Source: Octopus sinensis (lineage: Eukaryota). From it: a DNA stretch of 64,000 bases. The notes under the pieces are model-generated. The model made no database searches. It was not told the DNA's origin and was given only the letters and a program-made list of their open reading frames with translations. The stretch is from assembly GCF_006345805.1 (NCBI RefSeq), contig NC_043000.1, forward strand, positions 76,322,001 to 76,386,000, written 5' to 3'. A program made the position numbers and the translations under genes. Below, in pieces: positions 11,670-22,974 of this stretch. Within the stretch, counting starts at the first letter, position 1. Each line of letters begins with the position of its first letter.

Positions 11670-12533
11670 CGGCGAAGTTTCGCATGTCGTAGCTCAGATT
11701 TCCGTCGATTTCCGTAAAAAACTTTTATTTTTTTACATAAGTAATGAGAGCGAAAGAGACTAAGAGGAAGCGATTTTATGACGAGAAGGTTTCTCTTTGA
11801 AGTCGGCCTGTGTGTGTTTGATGGGGTGTGGGAGACAGACAGTATGTTGTGTAAGTGAAGTGCTTCTGTTAGTGTGTGCGAAGAGACAGAGAGAGTAATG
11901 TGTGAAAGAGAGAGATAACTGATTTTTTACTCGGTGTATGTGTATATGTATGTATGCATGTATGTGTGTGTGTGTGTGTATGTATCTAATCTATGTATGT
12001 GTGTGTGTGTAAGTATGTGTGTGTGTATGTATGTGTGTGTGTATGTATGTGTGTGTGTGTGTATGTATGTATGTATGGCCGATTCATCGTAATTTTTTAC
12101 TCGGTGTATGTGTATATGTATGTCTGCATGTATGTGTGTGTGTGTATGTATCTATGTATGTGTGTGTGTGTATGTATCTATGTGTGTGTAAGTATGTGTG
12201 TGTGTATGTATGTATGTGTGTGTGTATGTATCTATGTATGTGTGTGTGTATGTATGTATGTATGTATGGCCGATTCATCGTAATTTTTTACTCGGTGTAT
12301 GTGTATATGTATGTCTGTCTCTTCGCACACACTAACAGAAGCACTTCACTTACACAACATACTGTCTGTCTCCCACACCCCATCAAACACACACAGGCCG
12401 ACTTCAAAGAGAAACCTTCTCGTCATAAAATCGCTTCCTCTTAGTCTCTTTCGTTCTCATTACTTATGTAAAAAAATAAAAGTTTTTTACGGAAATCGAC
12501 GGAAATCTGTGCTACTACAACCGAAACTATGCC
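11670..12533. mobile_element. Fold-back element with ~220-bp arms and a microsatellite-satellite core
   Basis: 11670-11890 is the reverse complement of 12314-12533. The core is (TATG/TG)n punctuated three times by TTTTTACTCGGTGTATG. Confidence 0.85.
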
Positions 12534-13868
12534 GTTATGTCCTGCATATCTAGCGACCTCGTAAATGTTGACTTGTATATATAGGGTGCTGTTCCTTTCC
12601 CTACGTCAGCCTTGACTTATCAGATCTGTGACCAAAGAAAATTCAGTTTTAGCCGTCCAATATTTTATTTCAGTGAATATAGGATAACATTATCTGATGT
12701 GCCCTTTCTTTTGGGTGTTATTAATGGGAAATTTGGTTACTATTTCTGTAGTACAGTGATATGCCACCTTTTTCAATCAATGCCATAATAAATAAGATAC
12801 TAAAACAGTTATTTGGGGTGTCCTCTGGGACGACCTAGATGAGAGATAAAACAGTTATGGAATACCATCAGCTTAAGTTTTACTGTAATAAAAAAGAGAT
12901 GTTTGCACACATTGCATTTTGCTGCAAAGAATATATATGCAGTGGTGCTTTAAGAATACCAAAGTTTTCTAAATAGCTTTGCTATTTCTGACTTTCCTGA
13001 AAAACTCATGGCACACTTGTAGACAGTTTATAATACAGTAAATGCGAATGTTTATCCCAGAGGTTCCATTGTTGCTTCATATGATGATGATAGTGTTCAA
13101 TAGTCAGTGCTGGACTAAATGTATTTAATTTCTGGGTTGAAATCCTGCATAGTTTAATCAAGTAAAATACCAGTTAACTATTGAGGATGATTTCATTACA
13201 TGTGCTCTCTCCATTCTGAAATGCATAGCATTGTCTCTGTTGTAGAAATCTTTTTTTTTTTTGACAACAATCTGAAGGATACAGTTACCATCCATAGAAC
13301 AATCAGAGACATAATAAATGAATTCTAGCTGGCTGGTAGATCAATGCAGAAACCAAGGCTGGTAGGGACATTGCAAGCCAATTAGAGTAGACTGCTGGGG
13401 TTTTGTGGGGTGTTCACCCTTCAAAGCTTTGATTGGGCTTCAAGTTACTGGTACGATAAAGAGAGGAATCATATATTTCATCACTAAAGCTTCAGGAAAG
13501 ACCACTAAGTGGGTCTGAATGAAGAGGGCAGACCAGTTGTTTGCTGTGATGCAAGCTAAGACTTGATCAGCACAGGCTGGGTCAACTGACCAAGGGGTCT
13601 GCTGTTGAAATGCCCTAAACCCCATATGATCCTAAAAACATCACTGGTGATGCATCCCAGAACACCTGTGAGATGTATCTCAGAACTAAACTACTAGCTA
13701 TTTATATTGGTTGATTATGAAGTATAACCCATACCAAAGTAACTGTGTTATTAGAAAGTTAAACAGTTGTAGTAGAGATAAGTGTTTAATATACATACAT
13801 ACGTACATATGTGTACATACATTTAGGGCCACAAACAGTTATATACAATGTTTCAGTTATATATAATA

Positions 13869-15010
13869 CTAGCAGAGGCACCCGGTGTTGCCCAGGAATG
13901 AAATTTTTTCCCTCTATATTGGAAGAAAAGAACAAAATATGTTGTATAGAAATTTGTTATTCTAAATTCAATTTATTCTTCAATTGAGATACAATTTATT
14001 CTTAATTCATAATACAAAATAATAATAATAAACAAAAATACAAAATTTACCACTTTTATGAAAGGAGATAAATTCTACCACACATGTTGAAAGGAAATTA
14101 CATAAGAGCTTTTCAGTAAACAACATTCTTTGTTTTCTGGTTTGGAGCAAAGACAAATAAGTCTTGTAAACTACCTACCCTGGAGCAACCAATATAAAGT
14201 TGACCATGAGAAAAGTAAGTCAGTAGATTTCAAAGACTGACCTTGAGCTTTTGTTATTCCAAAGCAAAGTCGCACTGGGAATTGTGTTTGTTTGAACTCA
14301 AACAACATGTCTGTTGGTTTGATTAGAATTCTTGGAATGAAAGCCTCTTCCCCAGAGGCACATCCAGTGATGATGGTGTTTCTATCACATTAGGTGATAA
14401 TTCATCAAGGACTGAATCAACTGATTTGTACTTCTTAATGACTATTGGAATCTTATTCATTAATTCATGGTTAATCCTTGTAGGTGTCTCATTTTTTGGA
14501 GCAAGAATTACCCTTTCACACAACCATTTATGTGAATTGTATTTATTACTTAAGTCTGGAAATACCCTGTTCTTCAATTCAGCTGGGAAATTCACCATAA
14601 TAGCAATATAAACCAAACTGATATTGCCATTCCCATCAAATAGTACTTTCCCATTTCCTAATTGGAGGAGACAGGTTGAAAACTGTTGTGCACATTGGTC
14701 CCCATGTAATAAAGCTTGCGCGTTAGTATTGAAGGAGAATTTCAGTACTTTATTCCATAGGTGTGAAGACTTAATGCATGCTTTTATTTCATCAGACCTT
14801 GTTCGTCTCAGAATGACTTATGAGTTAATGTATTTATATCAAGTCCTGATATTTATGACCTTGTTTGAATGTTAAATATCTTTATGGTCTATCACTGACA
14901 TGTTTGTGGCCATGGAGCATGGCATACTAAGTGCAACCCTCTTTCATTTCTCACTTGATAAGACATCACTTCACCTACACTTTACTATCGACACCTTAGG
15001 AAAGGCATGA
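13869..15010 (-). mobile_element. Decayed autonomous Helitron 3' end (Pif1-type helicase remnant)
   Basis: - strand frames give IKACIKSSHLW, QFSTCLLQLGNG, WLCERVILAPKN and FSHGQLYIGCSRV, which are Helitron helicase motifs. Hairpin plus CTAG terminus at 13869-13900. Confidence 0.85.
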
Positions 15011-15671
15011 ACAACACAGCCTCTAATTTTTCTAATTTTCTCTTTTTGATTACTTTGAACCAAGTTAAAGAAGAAAACAGTATCTACATGTTATTGTTTT
15101 TTTTTAATGGCATAGTGGGAGAAGGAAAGGGCAACAATTGTGATTCCTTCTTCTTGTGCTGTGTGACTGGTGGAGGTAAGGAAAAAGTTGTCTGTAAACT
15201 GGAGACCTGGCCTGAATGTTAGTAACAGAATGTCTCCAGTAAAGGCTTCTCAGGATCTGATGATGGATTGGGTTTACTACCAAAGAATACAAACAGTTCC
15301 TTTACAATCTACCAAATTTCACTCATAAGGCTTTAAGCAATTTCAAAGCAAGCAGTAATACAAAGTGTCATACCTGAAAGTAATATAATTGCAAGAACTT
15401 TTACCACACAGCCATGACTCCATCCATAATTCTTGCATAACTAAACTGTCCTCTCATCTTTTACAGCACCACCTTTATTGAAGACGTCAACAGTTACAGA
15501 CCTCACCTGAATGATTTTCCACGGGAAGCAAAACAATTTGGTGGGCTACATCCTTTCTTGCTCTAGTGTACTAATTCACTCTTCCTGACACACACATATA
15601 CAGAGAGGTGGTGGGGAGATTCTCACATACAGATACATACAAACACATAGAAAAGAAGAAGATATTGAGAA

Positions 15672-15860
15672 ATGAAACAGCTACCACAAGGAAATGGCAA
15701 GTATGAAGTGGGAGCCATGGATATCATGACAGAAAGAAGTGAAGAAGAACCTGATGGATGTTTTCTTAGAATATATTACCCCACCATGTTGAATTCAGAG
15801 GCAGCAAAAGGCCTAAGTTCATCATCCAGCATGAAGTCAAACATCAGTGAATGTAACTAT
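15672..15860 (+). CDS. PAFAH2/PLA2G7-like: PAF acetylhydrolase (PAFAH2/PLA2G7 family), coding exon 1
   Basis: MKQLPQGNGKYEVGAMDIM...GCFLRIYYPT matches the family N-terminal GxYxVGxxD..FLRLYYP motif. In-frame TGA at 15666-68 precedes the ATG. Donor TAT|GTAAGT at 15861; 189 nt, phase 0. Confidence 0.88.
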
Positions 15861-16069
15861 GTAAGTATGTCAATGTTGTTAGTGTGGTTATGCGTATGTG
15901 TATGTATCTACAAAACAAAAATTTGAAATTGGGAAAAAAATTGTGATGAGTGTCAGTATGTATGTATACAAGTCCACCAGTTTTCATTTACATATTAAAT
16001 TCTGATATAATAATAATTTACAAACTCTGAAAGGTATTTGTAGAAAATTTCATTAAAAAAATACCCAGC

Positions 16070-17960
16070 AATTCCTTATAATGATTTGAACCAATTACAA
16101 CAAGAGGTATTTTTCTGTGGTAAACATATCAACATATCAACACTTCTACTTGGAGCTATTTATCACCACCATCAAGACACACAGCTATTTGACTTCCTCA
16201 AAATTGCATTCAGGAAAACAGCTACTTATGTTTTCATTGCTGGTGACTTCAATTACCCTGAGTTTGATTGGGAAACCTTTTGTTGGCTGCAAAATGCAAA
16301 TGATTTCCTTGTTTTAGTGCTGGATTTTGAGCTGATCCCAAGTAGTCACCTACCCAACAAGAGGTAACAATAATTTGGCTCTACTTTTTACCACCACCCA
16401 TGAAACAATCATCAGTGTAATTACCAAGGAACCTTTTAAGAAATCTGATCATGCTGTCATCATTGCCAATTTGTTTCTTATGGACAGAAACAACAACCTT
16501 CACCATCTCCAAAGTACTTGCTTTGACTGGAACAAAGCAGACTGGAACTCTTACTGCTCTGAGTTACAACACCTAGACTGGCTTGACTTCTATGATGCCA
16601 GAGATGTCAATTCTGTACTTCAAAACATCCTCAATTCAATCTGGGATGAATGAGAAGCATCAGTACCATGCTCAACATTGCAGTTTGGAGACAGCAGCAG
16701 TCTGACTTGTCAGGAAAGAATGTTGTGAATACAGTCTACATAAAACAGAAGAGAATAGTAGGTGCAATAGATCATCTAACCATCTCAAGCAGATGACAAA
16801 AAAGGTAGTGCTTGAATTTGGACAATATAGCAACCAACCCTGATAGCAAAGTGTTCTGGAAATATATATGTTTGAAGCAGAGACAGCATTCTCTTTGTAA
16901 TCCCTAGACATGTAGGATTACTGCTGATCTCAAAGGATGCACAGAACATATTGCTGAATGCTAAGCTGGCATTTTTACTGTTGAAAATCCAAAAGTACTA
17001 TCTTCACCACCTCTGACATCAAATTCTATGACATCTGTGAAATTTACATTTGCAATGCCACCTCAAAAATAAGTGCAACTATGCCTCTCTTGGTTGTGAT
17101 GGCGTTACTTATCTGTTCTCAAATACAGTGGGTCCTTTCTTTTGTACCAGTTTTCAATCTTTTTCCAATTCTTCCTTAATAGCTGTGTCATCTCAGAGCA
17201 ATAGAAAATTGTCAACATCATTCCCCTGTTCAAAAAGGGTGATCACAGATCACCTGTCAACTCTTTTCCAGTCAGTCTTACTAGCTGCATTGCCAAACTG
17301 ATAGAGTCCAGTATCAGAGTAACACTCTGAAATGTCTGGAACAGTCACAGCCTTATTTCACCCTCACAATTTGGATTTATCCCTAACTCCAGGGCCTCTG
17401 GCCAACTCAACAAGTTTCTTGAAGGCACCACCTAAATTACTGATTGCAGCTCATGGGTGGATGTTATTTATCTTGACTTTGCTACAACTTACAAGTCTGT
17501 GCCACAAACGACTTATGGCAAAACTTTCTGCAATGAGTGTGAAAGATGATTGAAGTCCTTCATCTTTGGTGGAAAGGGATAGTAACAGTTCTAGGACAGC
17601 ATCCTTCACCTTGAGATGACACCTGGTATACACAAGGATCCATTCTTGGATTTCTGTTGTTTGTTGCATATATTAATAACATAGATGTCAACTTGAAGAA
17701 TGCTGCAGTATTGAAATACACAACTGACATCAAGCAGTACCTTGAAATAAAAAGAATAGATCTTATACTCTATAGAACTTTCTTGCAATGAGACAGGGAC
17801 ACAAAGCAACAATGGATTACTATTTTGGGAGGAAAACCCAGCTATAACACACTCCCTCAACAACACCAATCATAAGAAGTCTGTTATTGAATGTGACTTG
17901 GAGAACACCTTCAAGTAGCATCTCTCCAACCACAGATCCTTGTTTAGGATCTCAGAGACG
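16070..17960 (+). mobile_element. Decayed CR1-clade LINE (EN and RT remnants) in PAFAH intron 1
   Basis: AGDFNYPEFDWE, SDHAVI and FDWNKADW motifs. Collinear nucleotide homology to the - strand CR1 at 50570-53690. Confidence 0.85.
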
Positions 17961-18029
17961 ATATGCCACATCCTTGGCCAGCCATGTATGGCACCTGAAG
18001 GATGTAGGGACTCCACACGCAATCTCCAC

Positions 18030-18918
18030 ACTGAAGCCCCTACTGGTGACAAAGGGTCTCTCGCTCAGAGTGAAAGGTAGATTGTACAATGCATGTGTGC
18101 GAACTGCCATGCTTCACGGCAGTGAAACATGGGCTGTGACTGCGGAGGACATGCATAGGCTTGAAAGAAATGAAGCTAGCATGATCTGCTGGATGTGTAA
18201 TATCAGTGTGCACACACGACAAAGTGTAAGCGCCCTGAAGCATCGGATGTGTCGTGCAAGAGAGACGTTTGTGCAAGTATGGTCATGTACTACAGACGGA
18301 TGAGGAGAGATGTGTGAAGAAGTGCCACTCCCAAACAGTTGAAGGAATCCGGGATACAGGTAGACCCGGGAAGACATGGGATGAGTTGGTCAAGCATGAT
18401 CTTCAAACGGGCATCACAGAGGCAATGATGAAAGACCGAGACCTCTGGAGATATGCTGTGACTGCGAAGACCTGACAAATAACGTTTCCTGCACCAGCTT
18501 CACATAGCAGCCACAGCCCATCCAAAGTACCTTGGATCACAGGACAGCCTGCTGTGCTTACTTTGGATCGTAGGGTGACCTGCTGTGCTTGAGGAGACCT
18601 ATTGAGTCAAGTACATCAACATCAAAATAAAAATCAAATGGAAATTGTAGTTGTGATATCCATGCCGGTGGCACGTAAAAAGTACCAACCGATCGTGGCC
18701 GCTGCCATCCTCCCCTGGCATCTGTGCCAGTAGCACGTAAAATGCACCCACTACACTCACAGAGTGGTTGGCGTTAGGAAGGGCATCCAGCTGTAGAAAC
18801 ACTGCCAGATCAGACTGGAGCCTGGTGCAGCCTCCTGGCTTCCCAAACCCCGGTTGAACCGTTCAACCCATGCTATCATGGAAAATGGACGTTAAACGTT
18901 GATGATAATGATGATGAT
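18030..18918 (+). mobile_element. RTE-clade LINE 3' fragment with (GAT)n tail
   Basis: KGRLYNACVRTAMLHGSETWAV...GRPGKTWDELVKHDL, followed by the family 3'UTR and tail. Confidence 0.85.
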
Positions 18919-19069
18919 ATACACATATATGGGGTGGGGATGGTTGTATATTAATATATGTTATATTCATGTGTTTCTACATGTATAAATGTTGATATAA
19001 ATAGTTTCTTCCTTCCAGAAGTCTATAATAAATAATTCCTTACTTTCTATTCTCATTGATATTCTACAG

Positions 19070-19193
19070 TACTCTACTGAGAAGCAGAATAATATAAGTT
19101 GGTTACCAAAATCAGAATACCGAGATGGATATATATGCTTCATTGGCAAAGAAAACTCAACTTTATACAACTGTCTCTTCAATTGGTTTGGTG
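19070..19193 (+). CDS. PAFAH2/PLA2G7-like: PAF acetylhydrolase coding exon 2
   Basis: Acceptor ttctacAG and donor G|GTGAG. Reads YSTEKQNNISWLPKSEYRDGYICFIGKENSTLYNCLFNWFG, matching the family W(I/L)PxxEY motif. 124 nt, phase 0 to 1, in frame with both neighbours. Not in the ORF track. Confidence 0.88.
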
Positions 19194-19399
19194 GTGAGAT
19201 ACTATTTATTAATGACTTCAAATTATGTTTGAGGTTGTTTATTTTGTCTTGTTTTGTTTTTTTGTAATGATGTTCAAATCCTATTACTGACTTAACATAC
19301 ATGCATCACACAACAGTATATTTACTAAGTGCATACCTAAAAAAACAGTTGTCTCAACATTCAGCTGTTTGGTCAAGAATCTACTCTCATGACCATTTT

Positions 19400-20400
19400 T
19401 ATTTATTATTTTTACTTTCACAATTATTTTATTATGATTTCCTTTATTTCTATATGAGATTTAAATAATCTACATACTCGAATCAAGTGGTCCTGGTTCA
19501 TTTTGGACTTAACTCTGATTATAGCAGCTTTCAAAGGATCTTTGGTGTTATAGGCATGTTCATTGAGCTCTCTCTCAACAATGCTCCACACGAAAAAGTC
19601 CAATGGATTGAGATCTGGGGAATTAGGTGGCCAAATGTTAGGGGTTATGTAATCATGAAAAGTTTCAGCCATCCATTCCTGTGTTACTGGAGCCATGTGT
19701 GATAGTGCAGAGTCTCACTGAAATACATATGGCCTTCCATTGCATATACTGTCTATCCAGGACTTAACAATTATTTCCAGGACCTCAATGTAGGTGTCAG
19801 AGTTAACTCTAAGGCCTTGTGGAAAGAAGTAAGGAGGTCCTTCATTGCTGACAACCCCTAAAACCATGACAGTTGCAGGAAATTTTGTATGCCTAATGCT
19901 TGGAACTTCAGAAGGATCTGCACATAACCATCTGTTATTTCTTCGGTTAACTTTTTGATCTTGGTTGAAATTTTTCTCGTTTCAGAAAAACCAAATCACA
20001 TCTTCTTCTGCTGGATTTTCAGTTTGTTTAAGAGCTTTTTAGATCTTATGTAGTGATTTTCTTTTGCTTTTTCTGATAAGTTGACCTTTCCTCATCACAT
20101 AAGACTTATATTTAATTTCTTCATTGACATCATTTTTGACTGTCCCTTCTGACACAAGGAGATCTTTCGCAATTGACCTCATGGACTTTCTGGGATTGTA
20201 ATCAATGGTCTGTTGAATTTCCTGGATAAATTCAAGTGTTCTGATGATTTCAGATAGTTTAGAATGCTTTTTATGCATTGATACTGGTGATATGTTTCCA
20301 TCTGCAATCTCTTGCAAACTTTGAGATGAAAGATCTGGCAAATTTTCAAAATTGAGATCTTTCTAAATCACTATGCTCAGCCTTTATAAACACAAGAACA
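19400..20400 (-). mobile_element. Tc1/mariner (maT/DD37D-like) transposase remnant
   Basis: WPPNSPDLNPLDFFVWS catalytic motif (19424-19696) and the HTH-like region SMRSIAKDLLVSEGTV (20039-20341). Confidence 0.85.
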
Positions 20401-20424
20401 GCATGCCTCTTAATTTTTTGACTA

Positions 20425-22330
20425 AGCCAGAAGGCTGCACCAGGCCCAGTCTGATCTGGCAGTGTTTCTACAGCTGGATGCCCTTCCTAACGCCAACCAC
20501 TCCGTGAGTGTAGTGGGTGCTTTTTACGTGCCACCAACACAGGTGCCAGACGGGGCTGTCAGACGTTCACGATCGGATGGTGCTTTTTACGTGCCACTGG
20601 CACGGGGACCAGACAAAGCTGGCAACGGCCACGGTTGGATGGTACTTTTTACGTGCCACTGGCACGGAGGCCAGTCGGATTGCAATTGAAGGGCCTAAGA
20701 GTCAACCTAGCTAAAACCAAAGTTCTAATAAGTTGGAAGGTAGACAAATCACAAATGCCTTCAGGTAGATGGCCCTGCTCGATCTGTAGAAAAGATGTAG
20801 GTAGAAACTCTATAAGATGCACCAAGTGTAAGCTATGGACACATAAAAGGTGCAGCAATGTCAAAGGAAGGCTAACTAGGAAGATAGTTTTTGTGTGTGA
20901 CAGATGCTCAGGAGCAATAAACACTGAAAATGCTCTGAGACCAACTTCTGCCACTTTCCAGGGAGAAAAACTAGAAATAGTTGATAGTTTCTGTTACCTA
21001 GGTGACCAAGTCAGTAGCAGGGGTGGGTGTGCTGAAAGTGTAAATGCTAGAGTAAGAATAGCTTGGGCAAAGTTCAGAGAGCTCTTACCTCTACTGGTGA
21101 CAAAAGGCCTCTCGCTCAGAGTAAAAGGCAGACTGTATGATGCGTGTGTATGAACAGCCATGCTACATGGCAGTGAAACATGGGCCGTGACTGCTGAGGA
21201 TATGCGTAAGCTTGCAAGAAATGAAGCCAGTATGCTCCGATGGATGTGTAATGTCAGTGTTCATACTCGACAGAGTGTAAGTACCTTGAGAGAAAAGCTG
21301 GAACTAAGAAGCATCAGATGTGGTGTGCAAGAGAGACATTTGCACTGGTATGGTCATGTGGCGAGAATGGATGAAGATAGTTGTGTGAAAAAGTGCCACA
21401 CCCTAGCGGTTGAGGGAACCTGTGGAAGAGGCAGACCCAGGAAAACCTGGGACGAGGTGGTGAAGCACGACCTTCGAACTTTAGGTCTCACTGAGGAGAT
21501 GACTAGAGACCGAGACCTATGGAAGTATACTGTGCGTGAGAAGACTCGGCAGGACTAGTGAGACCATTACCCGTGGCCTCTACCTGGGATGTAGCCAGTC
21601 AACTTATGCATACCTTTCCTTCTTGGGACACAAAACTCCACTTGTGAAGACCCGTTGAGGCAAGTGGAAATCGGAAATCAAAATCAAATGAAATCAAATC
21701 AGAAATCAGAACCAAAATCAAAGTCGATCAACATCAATGGAAATTGCAGCTGCGATACCAGTGCCGGTGACACGTAAGCGTACCACCCGACCGTGTCCAT
21801 TGCCAGTGCCGCCCCGACTGGCCTCCGTGCCGATGGCACGTAAAAAGCACCATCCGATCGTGGCGGTTGCCAGCCTCACCTGGTCCCTGTGCCGGTGGCA
21901 CGTAAAAAGCACCACCCTACCGTGTCCGTTGCCAGCGCCATCTGGCACCTGTGCGGGTGGCACGTAAAAAGCACCCACTACACTCACGGAGTGGTTGGCG
22001 TTAGGAAGGGCATCCAGCCGTAGAAACACTGCCAGATCAGACTGGGCCTGGTGCAGCCTTCTGGCTTCCCAGACCCCAGTTGAACCATCCAACCCATGCT
22101 AGCATGGAAAGCGGACGCTAAATGATGATGATGATGATGATACATATATATATATACATATATATATATATATCATCATCATCATCATCATCGTTTAGCG
22201 TCCGTTTTCCATGCTAGCATGTATTGGACAGTTCTACTGGGGTCTGTGAAGCCAGAAGGCTTCATCAGGCCCAGTCAAATCTGGCAGTGTTTCTACGGCT
22301 GGATGCCCTTCCTAACGCCAACCACTCCGA
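20425..22330 (+). mobile_element. RTE LINE 3' portion (20680-22141) flanked by inverted 3'UTR fragments
   Basis: ORFs 20635-21153 and 21160-21558 encode the RT C-terminus with a PHD-like insert. The (GAT)n tail is at ~22120-22141. Antisense 3'UTR copies lie at 20425-20680 and 22170-22330. Confidence 0.88.
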
Positions 22331-22429
22331 TATATATATATATATACATACATATATATATACATACATATATATATACATATATATATATATACATACA
22401 TATATATATACATATATATATATATACAT

Positions 22430-22718
22430 GTGAGCTCGAATCCCGGACCGGGCTGCGTGTTGTGTTCTTGAGCAAGGCACATATTTCATGTTGCTCCAGT
22501 TCACTCAGCTGTAGAAATGAGTTGCGACGTCACTGGTGTCAAGCTGTATCGACCTTTGTCTTTCCCTTGGATAACACTGGTGGCGTAGAGAGGGGAGGCT
22601 GGTATGCATGGGCGACTGCTGGTCTTCCATAAACAACCTTGCCCGGACTTGTGTCTAGGAGGGTAACTTTCTAGGTGCAATCCCATAGTCATTCATGACC
22701 GAAGGGGGTCTTTACCCT
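22430..22718 (+). mobile_element. SINE with a CORE-like segment
   Basis: B-box-like GCTCGAATCCC followed by TGTGTTCTTGAGCAAGGCAC, resembling the CORE-type TGTCCTTGAGCAAG.CAC motif. Confidence 0.55.
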
Positions 22719-22776
22719 TTTTTTTGATATATATATGTGTATATATATTTATATATGTATATATATATATATATAT

Positions 22777-22972
22777 GTAACGGGAAGGTTTACAAAAATA
22801 AACAAAAGACGAAGGCAGGTGGAGTACAAACAAACAAATGTATTAGTATGGCGCTCAGGAATAGAAATAGAACAAGTCTTTTACGTTTCGAGCCTACACT
22901 CTTCGACAGAAAGATACACAGAAAAAAGCAAAGAGAAAAAAAAATGCGTGTAGGAGCTAACGATCTATCATG
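22777..22972 (-). mobile_element. Solo terminal (pLTR) fragment of Penelope-like family B
   Basis: Homologous to 28212-28450; contains the hammerhead-like motif. Confidence 0.75.
22878..22913 (-). ncRNA. Minimal hammerhead-like motif (A6U variant), family B
   Basis: The - strand reads CUUU CUGUCGA A GAGU-GUAG-GCUC GAAA CGU A AAAG. Confidence 0.5.
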
Positions 22973-22974
22973 AT

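Noticed and set aside
20425-20680. Classical twin-priming 5' inversion of the RTE copy
   Set aside because: The inverted piece comes from the 3'UTR, which is also present in the direct segment. Independent adjacent insertions explain it better.
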